From NCBI RefSeq assembly GCF_009914755.1, contig NC_060929.1: a stretch of 64,000 nucleotides of DNA; one strand, given 5' to 3'. This DNA comes from the human T2T-CHM13v2.0 reference genome, Homo sapiens. Positions 29,661 through 42,640 of this stretch are shown one piece after another (within the stretch, counting starts at the first letter, position 1; every line of letters starts with the position of its first letter). The notes beneath the pieces are model-generated. The model did not search any database. It saw only the letters and a list, made by a program, of their open reading frames with translations, and had not been told where the DNA came from. A program made the position numbers and the translations under genes.

Positions 29661-32034
29661 AGACTTAAGGGATACCAGTTGTATCTTCCTTCCAAACAGA
29701 AGAATCTTTTTTTTTTCTCATTCATCCAACCAATGCCAACATGTTACATACTAAACATTAGGGATGCTTAATGGGAGACTTCCTTATCCTCTCGAATATT
29801 CACTATTTTATGGGACAATAAGAGAAAAACACATAATAATAAACAGGTAACAACATTGAGAACCACATTATATAATGGAGAACTACCTAACCCAGCCTGG
29901 TGGTAGGGCAAGGAGTGTTAGGAAAAGCATCCTGGTTATAGGGGCCTGACTTGAGCCCCAGGAATGGGTAGGAGTAAGCAGTAAAGCACTGAAGAAATGG
30001 AGGGTAGTAGATTTTCAACAGAGTGGACACCATGAAGAAAGGCAAGCTACAAGGAATTACAAAAAACTTTACTTGTCTATTGGAATGAAATGTGAGCTGA
30101 GTGGATCAGGTAAATAATAGATTAGAATAACTAGGTAAGGGTTAGGTCATGAAGGTTCTGGTATGCTGATGTTGAGGGCTTCAAATTTATCATGAAGATA
30201 GTAAGAAGCCATCGGAGAGTTTAAGGAATAACATGGTGATATTAGTTGTCAGGTCAGTGTTTTTCCAACTCCGGAATCAATTTAGTGGATGGCAAGCACA
30301 CATTTAAAAAAATGAAACAGAAAAGAATACAAGATATAAGATTGCATGGCACAGGGTAAATGTAAAGATTTTTCTTGAATCAACCTTTTGTTTTAATTAT
30401 TCATACATATATAAAGTATACATAAGTTGCAATACAAAGTGTATTTTTACTGGGGGCCACAGTCAAAAAAGTTTGACAGCCACTGTTTTATCCTCACTAA
30501 TGCTGTTTTACAGTCACTGGTGCTGTGAATGGATGAGTTAGGAAGCTGACATGGCAGTCCAGATAAGACATGGGTCATGAACTAGAGCATTTACTACATG
30601 TGGAGCGAAGAGGAACAGCCTCCAAAAACATGGAAAAAGCAAAAGAACTGGCAGAAACTGTAACTGACTAGATGTTAGGGAAAGAAGAAAATGTATACAA
30701 TGACTTCCAGATTTCCATCCTCAAGTGTTTTATGACTTGACAAGCACACTGTCAGATACACTAAATGAACAGAGATCCTCTCCACTTTGTTCTACTCCAC
30801 TTCTTCCACACAAACCCTGTTTACTTTATGCCCTTTTCCCTGGTAAGTGGAGTTCAGCCAAACCAGCGCTCAGAACCACCACTGAGGAAGTGAAGAGATC
30901 AAGCTCAGACAAGCTGCTTTCGTTCCTGTCATTTCACCAACATCTCCATACATTTTTCCAGTTTGGTTTTCCTATCTACTTCCTTCCTATATGGGACTTA
31001 ACACAAGATTCTTAACTTTCATGTATGCAGTTTATACTAGAAAACACACAAAGAGAACTACACTGAAGTCAACATTAAGGATAAATGCTAAATACTACCC
31101 AATCTTTCCCCATCTTACAACTACTTACCTACATAACCCTCCCTCTACCCTTTACTCTCAAATTATTATATTCTTTATCCAAAAACATTTAGTGCTTTCT
31201 TCAACAACCCACCTCGTGCTTCTGCTTATTGAAATCCTTTATAGCCCTAGATCACATAGGTCACATTTTACCCATGAAACCTTTCTAAATTACCTTTTGC
31301 ATTTCTTGCCTATCCTTCTACATCATCATACTTCGTCAATTAAAGTCACTTTTTTGGGTAACATTTCAGAAATTGGGATTCCTCTTACAATTGCTATCAG
31401 ACAGAAGCCAATTATGATGTTGTCATTGCTTACACATGGGAAAATAACAAAACTGCCAGCATGACATTTGCATATGACAGTCAACAGCCTGAAAGAAATT
31501 CCCAGAAATGATACTGGAGCATTCATTTCACCCTCTAGGAACCAAATGGACTGGGAAGGAAGTAGAAGATGGGGAATCCCTAAGCAGCAGTCAAAGTAGG
31601 CTGGCTTTGCATAATTGCAAAGCTGAAGGCCAGCACCAAAACCTTCGCATTCTTTTTTGGGATCTTGAAAGGAATGCTACATCACCAATTCTCTTGGCGG
31701 CACAGAGGATGTTTAACGGAAAATTACAGGTATTAACAACTCTGACTCCAAAAACAATTCAGAAGGCAGACTCTAAATATGTGAAATTTAGCAATTCCTT
31801 ATGTGTTTTTTCACTTGTGTTTTCCATCTTATTGAATGTGCAAGTGACATATGACAAAAATCTATGTCTAACTCTAAAAGAGCTCTTTAAAAAATTCTAA
31901 GTAATCAAAAAAGCATTGTATCTTAATTTAATTGGCAATGAAGCATCTTAAATTTATTACATCCTAGATTCTTTAGATAGTACGAAATATAGCATTCAGT
32001 GCTTCAACTGTGTTACTTCCCAAATATCTGCCTG

Positions 32035-32400
32035 AATTATGGATTGAAATGTCTGGGTTTCCCCACCAAATTCATATGTTGAAGCCTTAACTCTCAATGT
32101 GATGGCATTTGGAGATGGGGCCTTTGGAAAATAATCAGGTTTAGATGAGGTCATGAGAATGGGGCCCTCATGATGGGATCAGTGCTCTTATAAGAAGATA
32201 AAACGAGAGCTTGCTCATGCTGTCATACTCTCTCTATGCCATGTGAGGACACGGGCAATCCAGGAGGAGAGCCCTGATCGGGAACCAACCACGCTGGCAC
32301 CCTGACTTCCAGACTGCAAACCTATGAGATCATAAATGTCTGCTGTTTAAACCACCTACTCTATGGTATTTTGCTGTGGCACCTAAGCAGATTAAATAGT
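32035..32400 (+). mobile_element. MaLR MLT1A-like LTR
   Basis: ccaaattcatatgttgaagccttaactctcaatgtgatggcatttggagatgggg. Confidence 0.75.
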
Positions 32401-33783
32401 CTGGTCACCTCAACTAAGTCCAAGCTCCTTAAGGTCTCCTCATGTCTTAGACTACTGTATGGCCCATTTTACCAGACATAGCATATATACCGCTGCTACT
32501 CAATTCCACAATGGAAAGAAAAACTCCTAAACACAACAGTCTACTTCCGAATTATATCCTCTTGATTCCTAAATTACTGGCCATATTTTTGTATTCAATA
32601 CAGGAAAAACAATGTCATCACCAACATTCAGGGACAGGGGCATAAAGAAAGACTAAGGGAGGCTCATTCTTGTTAAGACCTAAAGCTGAGGAGGGTAAAG
32701 ATAAGGCTTTTACATTCCTACTCCATTCATCTTCAACTCCTTTCCTGTGTCTACAACTCAGATGGAGGACTACTGATTTTCTGGATATGAAGCACTTGAA
32801 ATGTTCTACATCCATCCTCACTCTGAGCTTCAACAAACTCTCCCCATCAATTTTTTGATAAAGTTGGTGCCCACTTTGCTGAATTTGAAATGAAAATATA
32901 AAAGGGCTGCCTAATATGCCACTAGGCATGGATTCTAAGTTTATAGTAAAATAAGATACTGGATAGTCCACAAGAAAGAGCCCTACAACTACTGTTATCA
33001 GAAAAAGACTAGTCCATAGGCTTATAAGCTCCTACATATGATCTCTTAAGTCACCAAAGTAGGAGTAACCACCTTTCCAGCCTTTCCCACAAGGCTACCC
33101 TTTAGATTCTTTTCAACTCTTCAAACTGCTTTAAATATGCTGAAGACAGTATGGTCTTCCTTGCCTGGCTCAGTGGTTTTTAACACTATTGGAAATAAAG
33201 TGAACAGGGAATATATCTTTTTGAAGGTATAAACCAGTTTGCAATATACTTGTACTCACTAATAAATTCACTTTAGTCTTTTAAGAGCATCATGTAGCAA
33301 CACTGGCAATATATTTAATTATCCTTATAATGCTTGTACAATTCTCTATAAAAAGTTATAATGCAAGGCTTCCATTTCAGAATTAATCTGTATTTGTCAC
33401 AGTCTGACCAGCTCTGATCAATTCTTTGTATTATAGTACTCCTAAAATAAGATACAACTCTATGACTCCTAAATGTCCTACATTAAATACATGACATGTT
33501 TCATTTGAAAACAAACAAAAAACGTAGGTTAACTAAAATAACCCACATACATCAAATGGAAAGTGAAACACAATTCTGACTTTGATGGAAAAAAACATTT
33601 TTACATTGTCCAAGTCAGTCAATATTACTCATTCTCTGAGGGTTTCTGACAGCCAATGTGTTTTCCATTATGTTCTTGGTAAAAAGCCATCTAATCTGAA
33701 ATATTTAGCCTTTGGTTCAAATTCAGAAAGAGAGTGATTAAGTTGACAGGAAAATTAATACAGAGAAATAATTGCTTTCATGA

Positions 33784-34182
<399 letters not shown>

Positions 34183-34313
34183 TGAAATAGGCTAGATATA
34201 GTTAGATATAAATTAGGGAAAAAAAGACTAGCTACAGGTCTGAGGTGCTCACATTATGGTATTCACTCTTTACCCTACCAGAGAATAGAATATTCTGGTT
34301 AATTCACTATTTA

Positions 34314-34635
<322 letters not shown>

Positions 34636-35326
34636 TTTAAAAAATTTAAAAAAAGAGATAAATCACAAAAACTTTCAAGTAGAACATAATTTTAAAAATC
34701 TGATGGTTAAAAAAATTACGTTTTTAATTTTTTACAGATAATGCATTTTATTATTTTCAGAGTACTATATTCACCATAAAATAAGTCTAAAGAGAATAAT
34801 GAGGACTCTGTATTTATAATAAAATACACACATTTTCTTTTTAAATTCTATCCTTAAAAAAGGCGAGAAAAGGCAACTTTCAGAGAACTTTGTAAACCTT
34901 TCAAGTCTTCCAACAAAGTAGTACCAACAGAGGACTAAAGTCTTAAATAAGTCTCATTAAAGTGAAGGCTCACTCCCTCTGGTGGACAAAAGAAACTCCA
35001 TATGCTATTTCCAGAATCAGTAAAGCAAGATAAGGAAGCCTTGTTAATGTTTTCTGAATGCTTCCTGCCTAGAATACATAAAAGACCTATATAGTTATTC
35101 TGAGAATAAATCTGGAAATGAAAGAGAACTGGAAAGGGGAAAAAAGGGGGAGGGAAACTAGCTGATGATACTGGTGCAAGGGAAGTCCTAACCTAGCTCC
35201 TCAATGGCTGTGTTGGGGAAGGACTTCAGCATCAGTCTCTCCTAAGTGAGCTCTGCCTCTGCTCTCTTCTCTGTCATAGGCCAACAGTTTTTTCCAAACT
35301 GCATGTCTAACCATTGTCAAGATGCT

Positions 35327-35550
35327 GCAGGTTGAGCATTCCTAATACAAAAATGCTAAAATCTGAAATGCTCCAAAATCTGAAACTCTCTGAGCACCAA
35401 CATGATGCTCAAAGGAAATGCTCATTGGAACATTTTGGATTTTGGATTTCCAGATTAGGGCTGCTCAAATGGTATGTTTTCTCAAATATTCCAAGACCCA
35501 GAAAAATCCAAAATCTTTAACATTGCTGGTCCCAAGCATTGTTCAGATAA
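35327..35550. mobile_element. Tigger4a/MER46-like DNA transposon
   Basis: caggttgagcattcctaat...aaatctgaaatgctccaaaatc terminus. Confidence 0.65.
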
Positions 35551-35901
35551 GGAAAATTCAATTTATATTTCAAACTGCCAAGTTTCTCCTCTATTATTTA
35601 GGCTTAGCCTCTCTGCATTAAACAAGGAGCTTTTGGAGAGCAGGAACCGTGCTTTGTTCATTTTTGTGTCCCCGGTACCCAACCCACTGTTTGGCATATG
35701 GTAGATGCTAATGTTGAATAAATGAAATGGTACTAGACTTCTAATCTAAAGTCATTAACACCCATAGGAAATCATAATCTTGAAATACAAAAAAAGCAGA
35801 ATTGTAAGAGAAGCACTCCCTGACAATATGAGAAAGCAATGGCTGCAAATAATTAGATTACCAGTTGAAACACATTTGAAATTACTGTCCATTCTCACAT
35901 A

Positions 35902-36207
35902 ATTTTTTTTTTTTTTTTTTTTTGAGACAGAGTCCCACTCTGTTGCCCAGGCTGGAGTGCAGTGGCGCAATCTCAGCTCACTGCAACCTCCGACTTCTGG
36001 GTTCAAGCGATTCTCTTGCCTCAGCCTCCTGAGCTGCTTGACTTACAGGCACCTGCCACCAAGCCTGGCTAATTTTTTTGTATTTTTAGTAGAGACTGGG
36101 TTTTACCATGTTGGCCAGGCTGGTCTCAAATTCCTGACCTCAGGTGATCCACCCGCCACAGCCTCCCAAAGTGGTGGGATTACAGACGTGAGCCACTGTG
36201 CCTGGCC
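35902..36207 (-). mobile_element. Alu
   Basis: Reverse Alu, TSD ccattct.acataatttt. Confidence 0.95.
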
Positions 36208-36600
36208 CATTCTTACATAATTTTAAACATTCATCCACAGCCCAGATACATATCTTTTGAGGCCATAATTTAAAAAGCACTAATGGCAGTCATGTTTACC
36301 TCTGATTGTTTCTGATTAAGTAGTCCATGTAATTACATTTTATTATAAGTACTTTTTCTCTTATGAGTGAACACTAATTTTTAAAATTTGTTTCTAGATT
36401 TTAAACATTAGTCTAATAAACATAAAATTAGTTTCCTGAAGCATTAAAGCATTAACAGAATTTTAAAGATGAGGTAGAACCCTAAAAGGGGTTTTAAGAA
36501 CATATGGCACAAACAAATCGTTATTTTCTCTAGGATACCAAGTTTCCTCCTTCCATTAGAGAGGAATACTTTCCTTAAGCAGCATGACAGGATGTCATAC

Positions 36601-36659
36601 CTGTGTGAAGGATAGAGAACTGCAGTCTCCAGGTCTGTCACTGTTTCCTCCTTCGGGCA
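36601..36659 (-). other. HMGCS1: HMGCS1 optional 59-nt 5'UTR exon 2
   Basis: aattcctag|TGCCCGAAGG...TTCACACAG|gtatga; 59 nt matches the known alternatively spliced HMG-CoA synthase leader exon. Confidence 0.88.
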
Positions 36660-38072
36660 CTAGGAATTTCAAACAAGAACTGCTTTTAAAGTTATAAATC
36701 ACTACCCAAATTCAAATACTAATGAATCCAATTCAAAGTGAGTTAAAATAAGCAATTCCTTATCCAATTACATTATGCAGAATAGAATTTGACATTTGCT
36801 TAGAAAAAATCATACTTAAAGCTTATAGAACATTTTCCCCCTTATTTTCATAGCCCTTATAGTGAAAGGTTCAGTCCTGGTAATAAACGGATATAAGAAG
36901 CCTACTATTGCAGGAAGGAATAAACAAAAAAACCTCAAGGAAATAAGAAGCCCATGTCACCAATTGAGGCTTTAAACCAAGGTTTTCAAGAATTGGGGGA
37001 AAGGAATATAAACAAGTTGTAATGAGTTAGCAAATTTCTAGAGTAAAGAGATATATGCAGTCAAGAGCCTGCACTGCATGTAACAGATTGTGGCTTTGGC
37101 AGCAATTCTGGACCTCAGTTTCCTCATCTATAAAATGAAGCTAATACAGTTGCCCTCCCCAGATCATTGTGAAGGATTGCTGAGATGATAAAATATGTGA
37201 AGACACTTTGTAACACAAAGCACCAATACACTGACTATTACCTTAGTTCTTATAGTTCTTATAAGTGTTTTTCAAAGAAAATAAAGGTATTTTTTCTAGC
37301 AAGACCTAATCATTTTCAACACTGCCACCTTCACCCTCCCAACCTTTTATAAAGTGATTTTCCCTCTTACTGCTTATGTTAAAAAATTAAGCATTTAGAC
37401 AAAGGAGCATTAAACATTATTATGTAAATTAAGTAGAAATAATTTGCGAAGGTGACTGGAACATATTCTTCAGTCCATCTGTTTTGAAAGACTGATTGTT
37501 ACTTGAGATGGCAACTTCTATGTTTAACACAGCATACACCATTTCCTCTGCTCTCTATTTAATTACTGGCAAATTTAGCATCTGCCCTTAATGGATTCAC
37601 TGGTAACTACATTCGGATGTTATTAATATTTAATAAAGCTTTACTTTTTTTACATAATTACATAATTTAAGAGCTCTTCAGTCGTAGCGCCTTTTACTTC
37701 ATTAACTAAGTTTACTACCCACCTACGCCCCCCTGCCCCATAAAAAGAAATAGATCTTGAGTTTTGTAGGCAAAGAATACTACAATATTCCAAAAATGTC
37801 TCTAATTAACTGTAATTATACATACTTTGAGAAAATAACCTATCTTTGTTCTTTATTATCTCAAATTATGCCTTTGTCTTCTGCAAATTAAGCAGACCAC
37901 AGAGACCAGTTCTTGAAAAACAAGATTCCTTCTCCATGTTAAGACTACTTAAATAATAATATTTCTTCTTGATGTTCATGTATGTATATGCATTTGACAC
38001 TACTTGTATCAAGGAAATTTTCCTTGAACTGCCTATATTCTGCCTTTCCTTGCACTGCCTATATTCCCTCAA

Positions 38073-38375
38073 ATTTTTTTTTTTTTTTGAGACAGGGTCT
38101 CCCTCTGTCACCCAGACTGGAATGCAGTAGCATTCCAGTCACTGCTCACTGTAACCTCGACCTCCCAGGCTCAAGTGATCCTCCTGTCTCAGACCCCGCA
38201 AGTAGCTGGGACTACAGGCACATGCCACAATACACAGCTGATTTTTGTATTTTTTGTAGAGATGGGGTTTTGCCATCTTTCCCAGGCTGTTCTCCAACTC
38301 CTGGGCTAAACCAATCCACCCACTTTGGCCTCCCAAAGTGCTGGGATTATAGGCGTGGGCCACCTTGCCTGGGCC
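38073..38375 (-). mobile_element. AluJ-like element
   Basis: Diverged reverse Alu. Confidence 0.9.
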
Positions 38376-39466
38376 CCTCTTTCTATTTTGATTACTTAAA
38401 TTGGAGAGGGATGTTAGGTGGGAGAGACACAGAGAACAAAGAAGAAACAAATAGAAGATTCAGAAAGGATTGCTGTGCTACTTAAGGATTTCTCTATTCT
38501 GGCTAAACCAGTATTGCCAAAGTCTCAAGCAGATCACAAGCTTATTTCTAACAGGTCTTTTCAGAGTAAGTGACAGAGGGAATCAACATGGGTCAAGAAG
38601 CAGTTAATGAATGGCAAGTAGCCAGGCAGGTTACCACAAAGCAGGTTTGCAGACTCATGGGATGAAATATAGGCACTTTGAGTCTGGCAAAGACTAAAAC
38701 ACAAGAATGATAAGACTGCCTAGGGCCAACCAGATTTATGCAATGGTAGTTTCTTCTGGAGTTTACTCAGTGTTCTGAATACTTCCTTCTGGCTCCCTCC
38801 TTAGCCTTGATTCAAAGAAGTGGTTGGAGAAGTTCATTGCCTACACATTTTGGTATGTAAACTATAAAATATAAACAGTTACCTATTGATCTTTCTCATT
38901 GTTACAGGAGATAAATCTAGGAAATTAAGAACAAGTTGGCAACCTTTCCTCCTTAGGAGCAAGCAAGTAAAAACTAATGTTAAGAAAGACTTGCTCAAAC
39001 CTGTACACTCTGGTATAGTTCTCCAAGTAAAAAGCATGGACATCCCTGCCTCCTCCCAGAGTTACTGGTCTGCGTATCAGAGATTCTACTCATCTTCAAG
39101 GCCCTGTTCTAAGTCACCTCTTCCTGGAAGCTTTCCTCGATAAATCACACAGAAAATAAGTTTTCTAATCAGGGACCTGCACTTCTACAGAGGTAGGTCA
39201 TTCATACCCAAGTCTACATAGCCTACTCTCTATGGAAAACTAGTTATGGGCAGTCTTCTTATCCATACAGGATTCCTACACTTCTTTTGGGAGAGGGGCT
39301 ATATATTTTGATTTTTTGAAATCCCTTTGAGACCTTGAAGTAAAGGGTACTCAAATGTCACATTTTTCAGTGGCTGAATTTGGAGTTATAACTACTAGAG
39401 GACAAATCTTTTAGATTTAATACTTGTAGCAGCCCTCAGTAGTAAGTGCTTTCTGCTATCACTTTT

Positions 39467-39539
39467 TAATTTTTTTTTTAATTTATTACTGCTCCTTGCA
39501 GAGCAGGGCTACTCTATATGTAGTGTGTCCAGAGTAGCC
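39467..39539 (-). mobile_element. Short poly(A)-tailed retroposed insert with TSD
   Basis: T-tract, about 55-nt body, TSD tgctatca(c/g)tttt on both sides. Confidence 0.7.
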
Positions 39540-39877
39540 TGCTATCAGTTTTGAGATGAGCTGCAGCACCATAATGTCTAGTTTAAAGAAACTGGCTCTT
39601 TACTGCTACTGTTCAAGGCATATGGTAGGTTTCAATTGTTCCCAGATTCCAAGGTGAAAAATGTAAGAAGCCCATATGGAATCAGAAAACATTTGTTGGT
39701 CTTACAATCATTCCCATATGCACCCACAACTAAAAACCCTGCAAAGATGAAGACAACACTTCAGGCTTTCAAAGATTAGCCTCTCCGCTACTGGTGTAAC
39801 TACACCCAGTTGACAGACATTAAGTGAACATCAACACACGCCATGCATTAGGATGAAGAGATTAAGAGTCTAGTTCT

Positions 39878-40177
39878 AGCCAGGCATGGTGGCTCACGCC
39901 TGTAATCTCAGCACTTTGGGAGGCCAAGGCGGACGGATCATTTGAGGTCAGGAGTTCAAGACCAGTCTGACCAACATGGTGACACCCCATCTCTTCTAAA
40001 AATACAAAAAAATTAGCTGGGTGTGGTGGCACATGCCGGTAGTCCCAGCTACTTGGGAGGCTGAGGCAGGAGAATCACTGGGAGGCATAAGTTGCAGTGA
40101 GCCGAGATCACGCTGCTGCACTCCAGCTTGGGCGACAGAGCGAGATTCTGTCTCCCCAAAAAAAAAAAAAAAAAAAA
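39878..40177 (+). mobile_element. Alu
   Basis: Forward Alu with A-tail; TSD tctagt.cta. Confidence 0.93.
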
Positions 40178-42190
40178 ATCTAGTCCTATCATTAGGACAG
40201 GTAATATGTATCCCACCTTTTAAATCTATACTACCTTCTTGAAAAACATAAAAATATCACACATCCTTCTATGATATTTGGTTCCACAGTAACCCAGCAT
40301 AAAATTATAAGGCTATATTCCTTTCTAAATGAAACTAATTGGAGATTCTGATATGTAGCAAAACAAACTTCTCCAGCTACATCTCATATCCAATTCCACT
40401 GGATTATGGAAGATCCAACCAGGTTTTAAATGATTCTAGAGGACACAGGAAACTGATGTTACAACAATATCGGGTTTTTGCGTTTATTTCTTCTGAGAAA
40501 AGCTATCTAAAATCTAAGTCAAAATCTCAAAATCAATCCACAGTTAAAAGAAACAAGATGTAAAAGCAATCTGGAGGGATATTTAAGATGAAAAACAAAA
40601 TTAAAACAAGGCCCAAATGATGTGGCCTATGGCTCCAAACATAAAATATCCTTTTACACTCCCTCCCCACAGCGTAAGTCAGACCTTCTGAGTGCTGGGG
40701 TTACTGATGATTATACTAGAATTGAGCTGAACTAAAGTAGAACCGAATAAAGGGCAAACTTACAAACTTAGGTGAGAAATATCTACAAAGGTAGACACAA
40801 AGAAAGCCTTTCTCTCTTCCCATAAGGTATGCTATCCCTGCCCCCTTCTTCACACAAAAATAACTGCAATTTTAAAATAAAGTTTAAAGAACACAAGCTG
40901 CTTAGGTGTCTCAAGTGCAAAGAACTACTGACACGGATAATGTTAACGACTTTCAACTGCCTCTCATCTAATAGTATCTGTGCAATAAAGTCCAAAACAC
41001 ATCTCAGAAGGAAAAATCTGTTAACTCTAGGAGCACTTCCATTTGTCTTAATTTTGTTGTTTATCTTGTCATTGTTTTTCATATTCATGCCTAAAACAGA
41101 GCAAATGTTAGTTAGCAGCAACCAGAACACATCATCCTACTGCAGCAGGTGGCAAGAGCATCCTCGGGAAGGTGGGGAGCTGCAGCAGAGGTGAGCAGTG
41201 AAAGCAGCTACTGATGCCTTAAGGCTAAGGCCATAGGGACAAGCATGACAAACAGGCACAACCTCACATTATTTGTTCCCCAAATCCCTCCTCCAGAGTG
41301 GATCAGAATAATCGTTTCTCTACCACTGGTCAAGGCCAGACGTGGGTTTTCAAAGACTCCATATACTTGCTTTGAAATATCCTTAGCTTAATCCAAAACC
41401 TATTTGTGGGAGGACTCTGTGAGTGCCTGCCCATTACACTGTATCACCTAAAGCTGGTCCCGAAGGTATTAGTAGGAGAGAGATGTGGGATTTCAGAACA
41501 CCAAGGAAGCCTATTTTTTAAAACGTAGACAAAAAAAAATATGGAGGCAGGAAGGCGGGAGGCAGTGATCTATGAGATTTGAAGCAAGTACAGACTGAGC
41601 CCCAGTACTTAGCCAGGTCTAAATCACGGTTGTGAACGCTTTCTTGCACCTGAGCTGAGGAAGAAAAGTAATGCTACCCACTTCCCTTCTTTCCATCAAC
41701 TCTATATGTGGCAGCAGGACACACCCCCTGCGAACCTACCAGCCTCCGTCTAAAGAGGATCTTGCCCATCCTTTGGCGTCCACCCTTAACCAACGCTCTG
41801 GAAACGCCTTGGTAGCCCAACTGTCTTCTCTCCCCCTCCTGACACCCCCCACTCACCTCTAGGCGGTCACAGCTGCCTCTCTGGCACCTCCAACTCCTCT
41901 GTCGTTAGAATACCTAGACCTCAACGCCCTCTCGCGTTCTCCCCTCCGCGACTCGCCTGTGTTCTCGGATCTTCTCAGATCCGCTACGGTCGGCCTCAGG
42001 TCCCTCACGAGGGAACCCCCGCCCGGCCCCGCTCACGGTGCCCCATCCTCCCGGGCAAAGTCCACGCCTACGTCCTGACCCAGAGCCCCAGCTCCTTCGG
42101 GCCTAGTCAAGGACACCGCCTCTGTCTGGCCCACACCCCGCCCGCGGCACCTCCGCAGCCCAGTTCTACTCCCCAGCGCGGGACACTCAC

Positions 42191-42245
42191 CAAGCGTGAC
42201 CGAGCGGCAGCAGAGGAAAGGGAGTGAGCCACGAAAGGACAGTCC
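42191..42245 (-). other. HMGCS1: HMGCS1 non-coding exon 1 (TSS approximate)
   Basis: Donor GCTTG|gtgagt at 42190; TATAAA about 30 bp upstream. Confidence 0.85.
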
Positions 42246-42270
42246 GCGGCGCCTCCCCTTCGCCACCAGC

Positions 42271-42640
42271 TTTATAGCCGCCAACCCACCCGACTCCGGC
42301 ACCGCCGAGAGTCGCTGGGAGGCGGGACGGTGGCTCCCACAGCCAATCGCGGCCGGTAGAGTTGCCCGGCAGCGCCCGCCCCCCAGTCCGGCTTCTACCA
42401 ATCAAAAGGAAACTAGAGGCGATGACTCGCTAGGATTTTCCCTCGTGGCTGGAAGGGCGGGGAGAAGAGGCGGGGACAAAGTCTCAGGGCCGAGGAAGTG
42501 GTGTGAGAGACTGACGTGAGGTGGCACGAGAGCCCAGTTGCCAATGACGGAGCTGCGAGATACGGCGAGAGCCAACGGGAGCGGAGTGAGAGGTTCTCCG
42601 ACCAATTGGGACTAAGTGAGAGGAGATGCGGGCCAATGGG
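42271..42640 (-). promoter_or_regulatory. HMGCS1: HMGCS1 sterol-regulated promoter: TATA (42271-42276), CCAAT/NF-Y boxes (42343, 42398, 42541, 42602, 42633), SRE-like CTCACACCAC (42498-42507) and GCCACCTCAC (42516-42525), CRE-like TGACG (42512, 42545), GC boxes
   Basis: Motifs read directly; arrangement matches the established SREBP + NF-Y + CREB control of HMG-CoA synthase. Confidence 0.85.

Noticed and set aside
30991-31900. 157-aa and 130-aa + strand ORFs in HMGCS1 intron 2
   Set aside because: Low-complexity composition, no motifs or splice support; consistent with chance or decayed repeat
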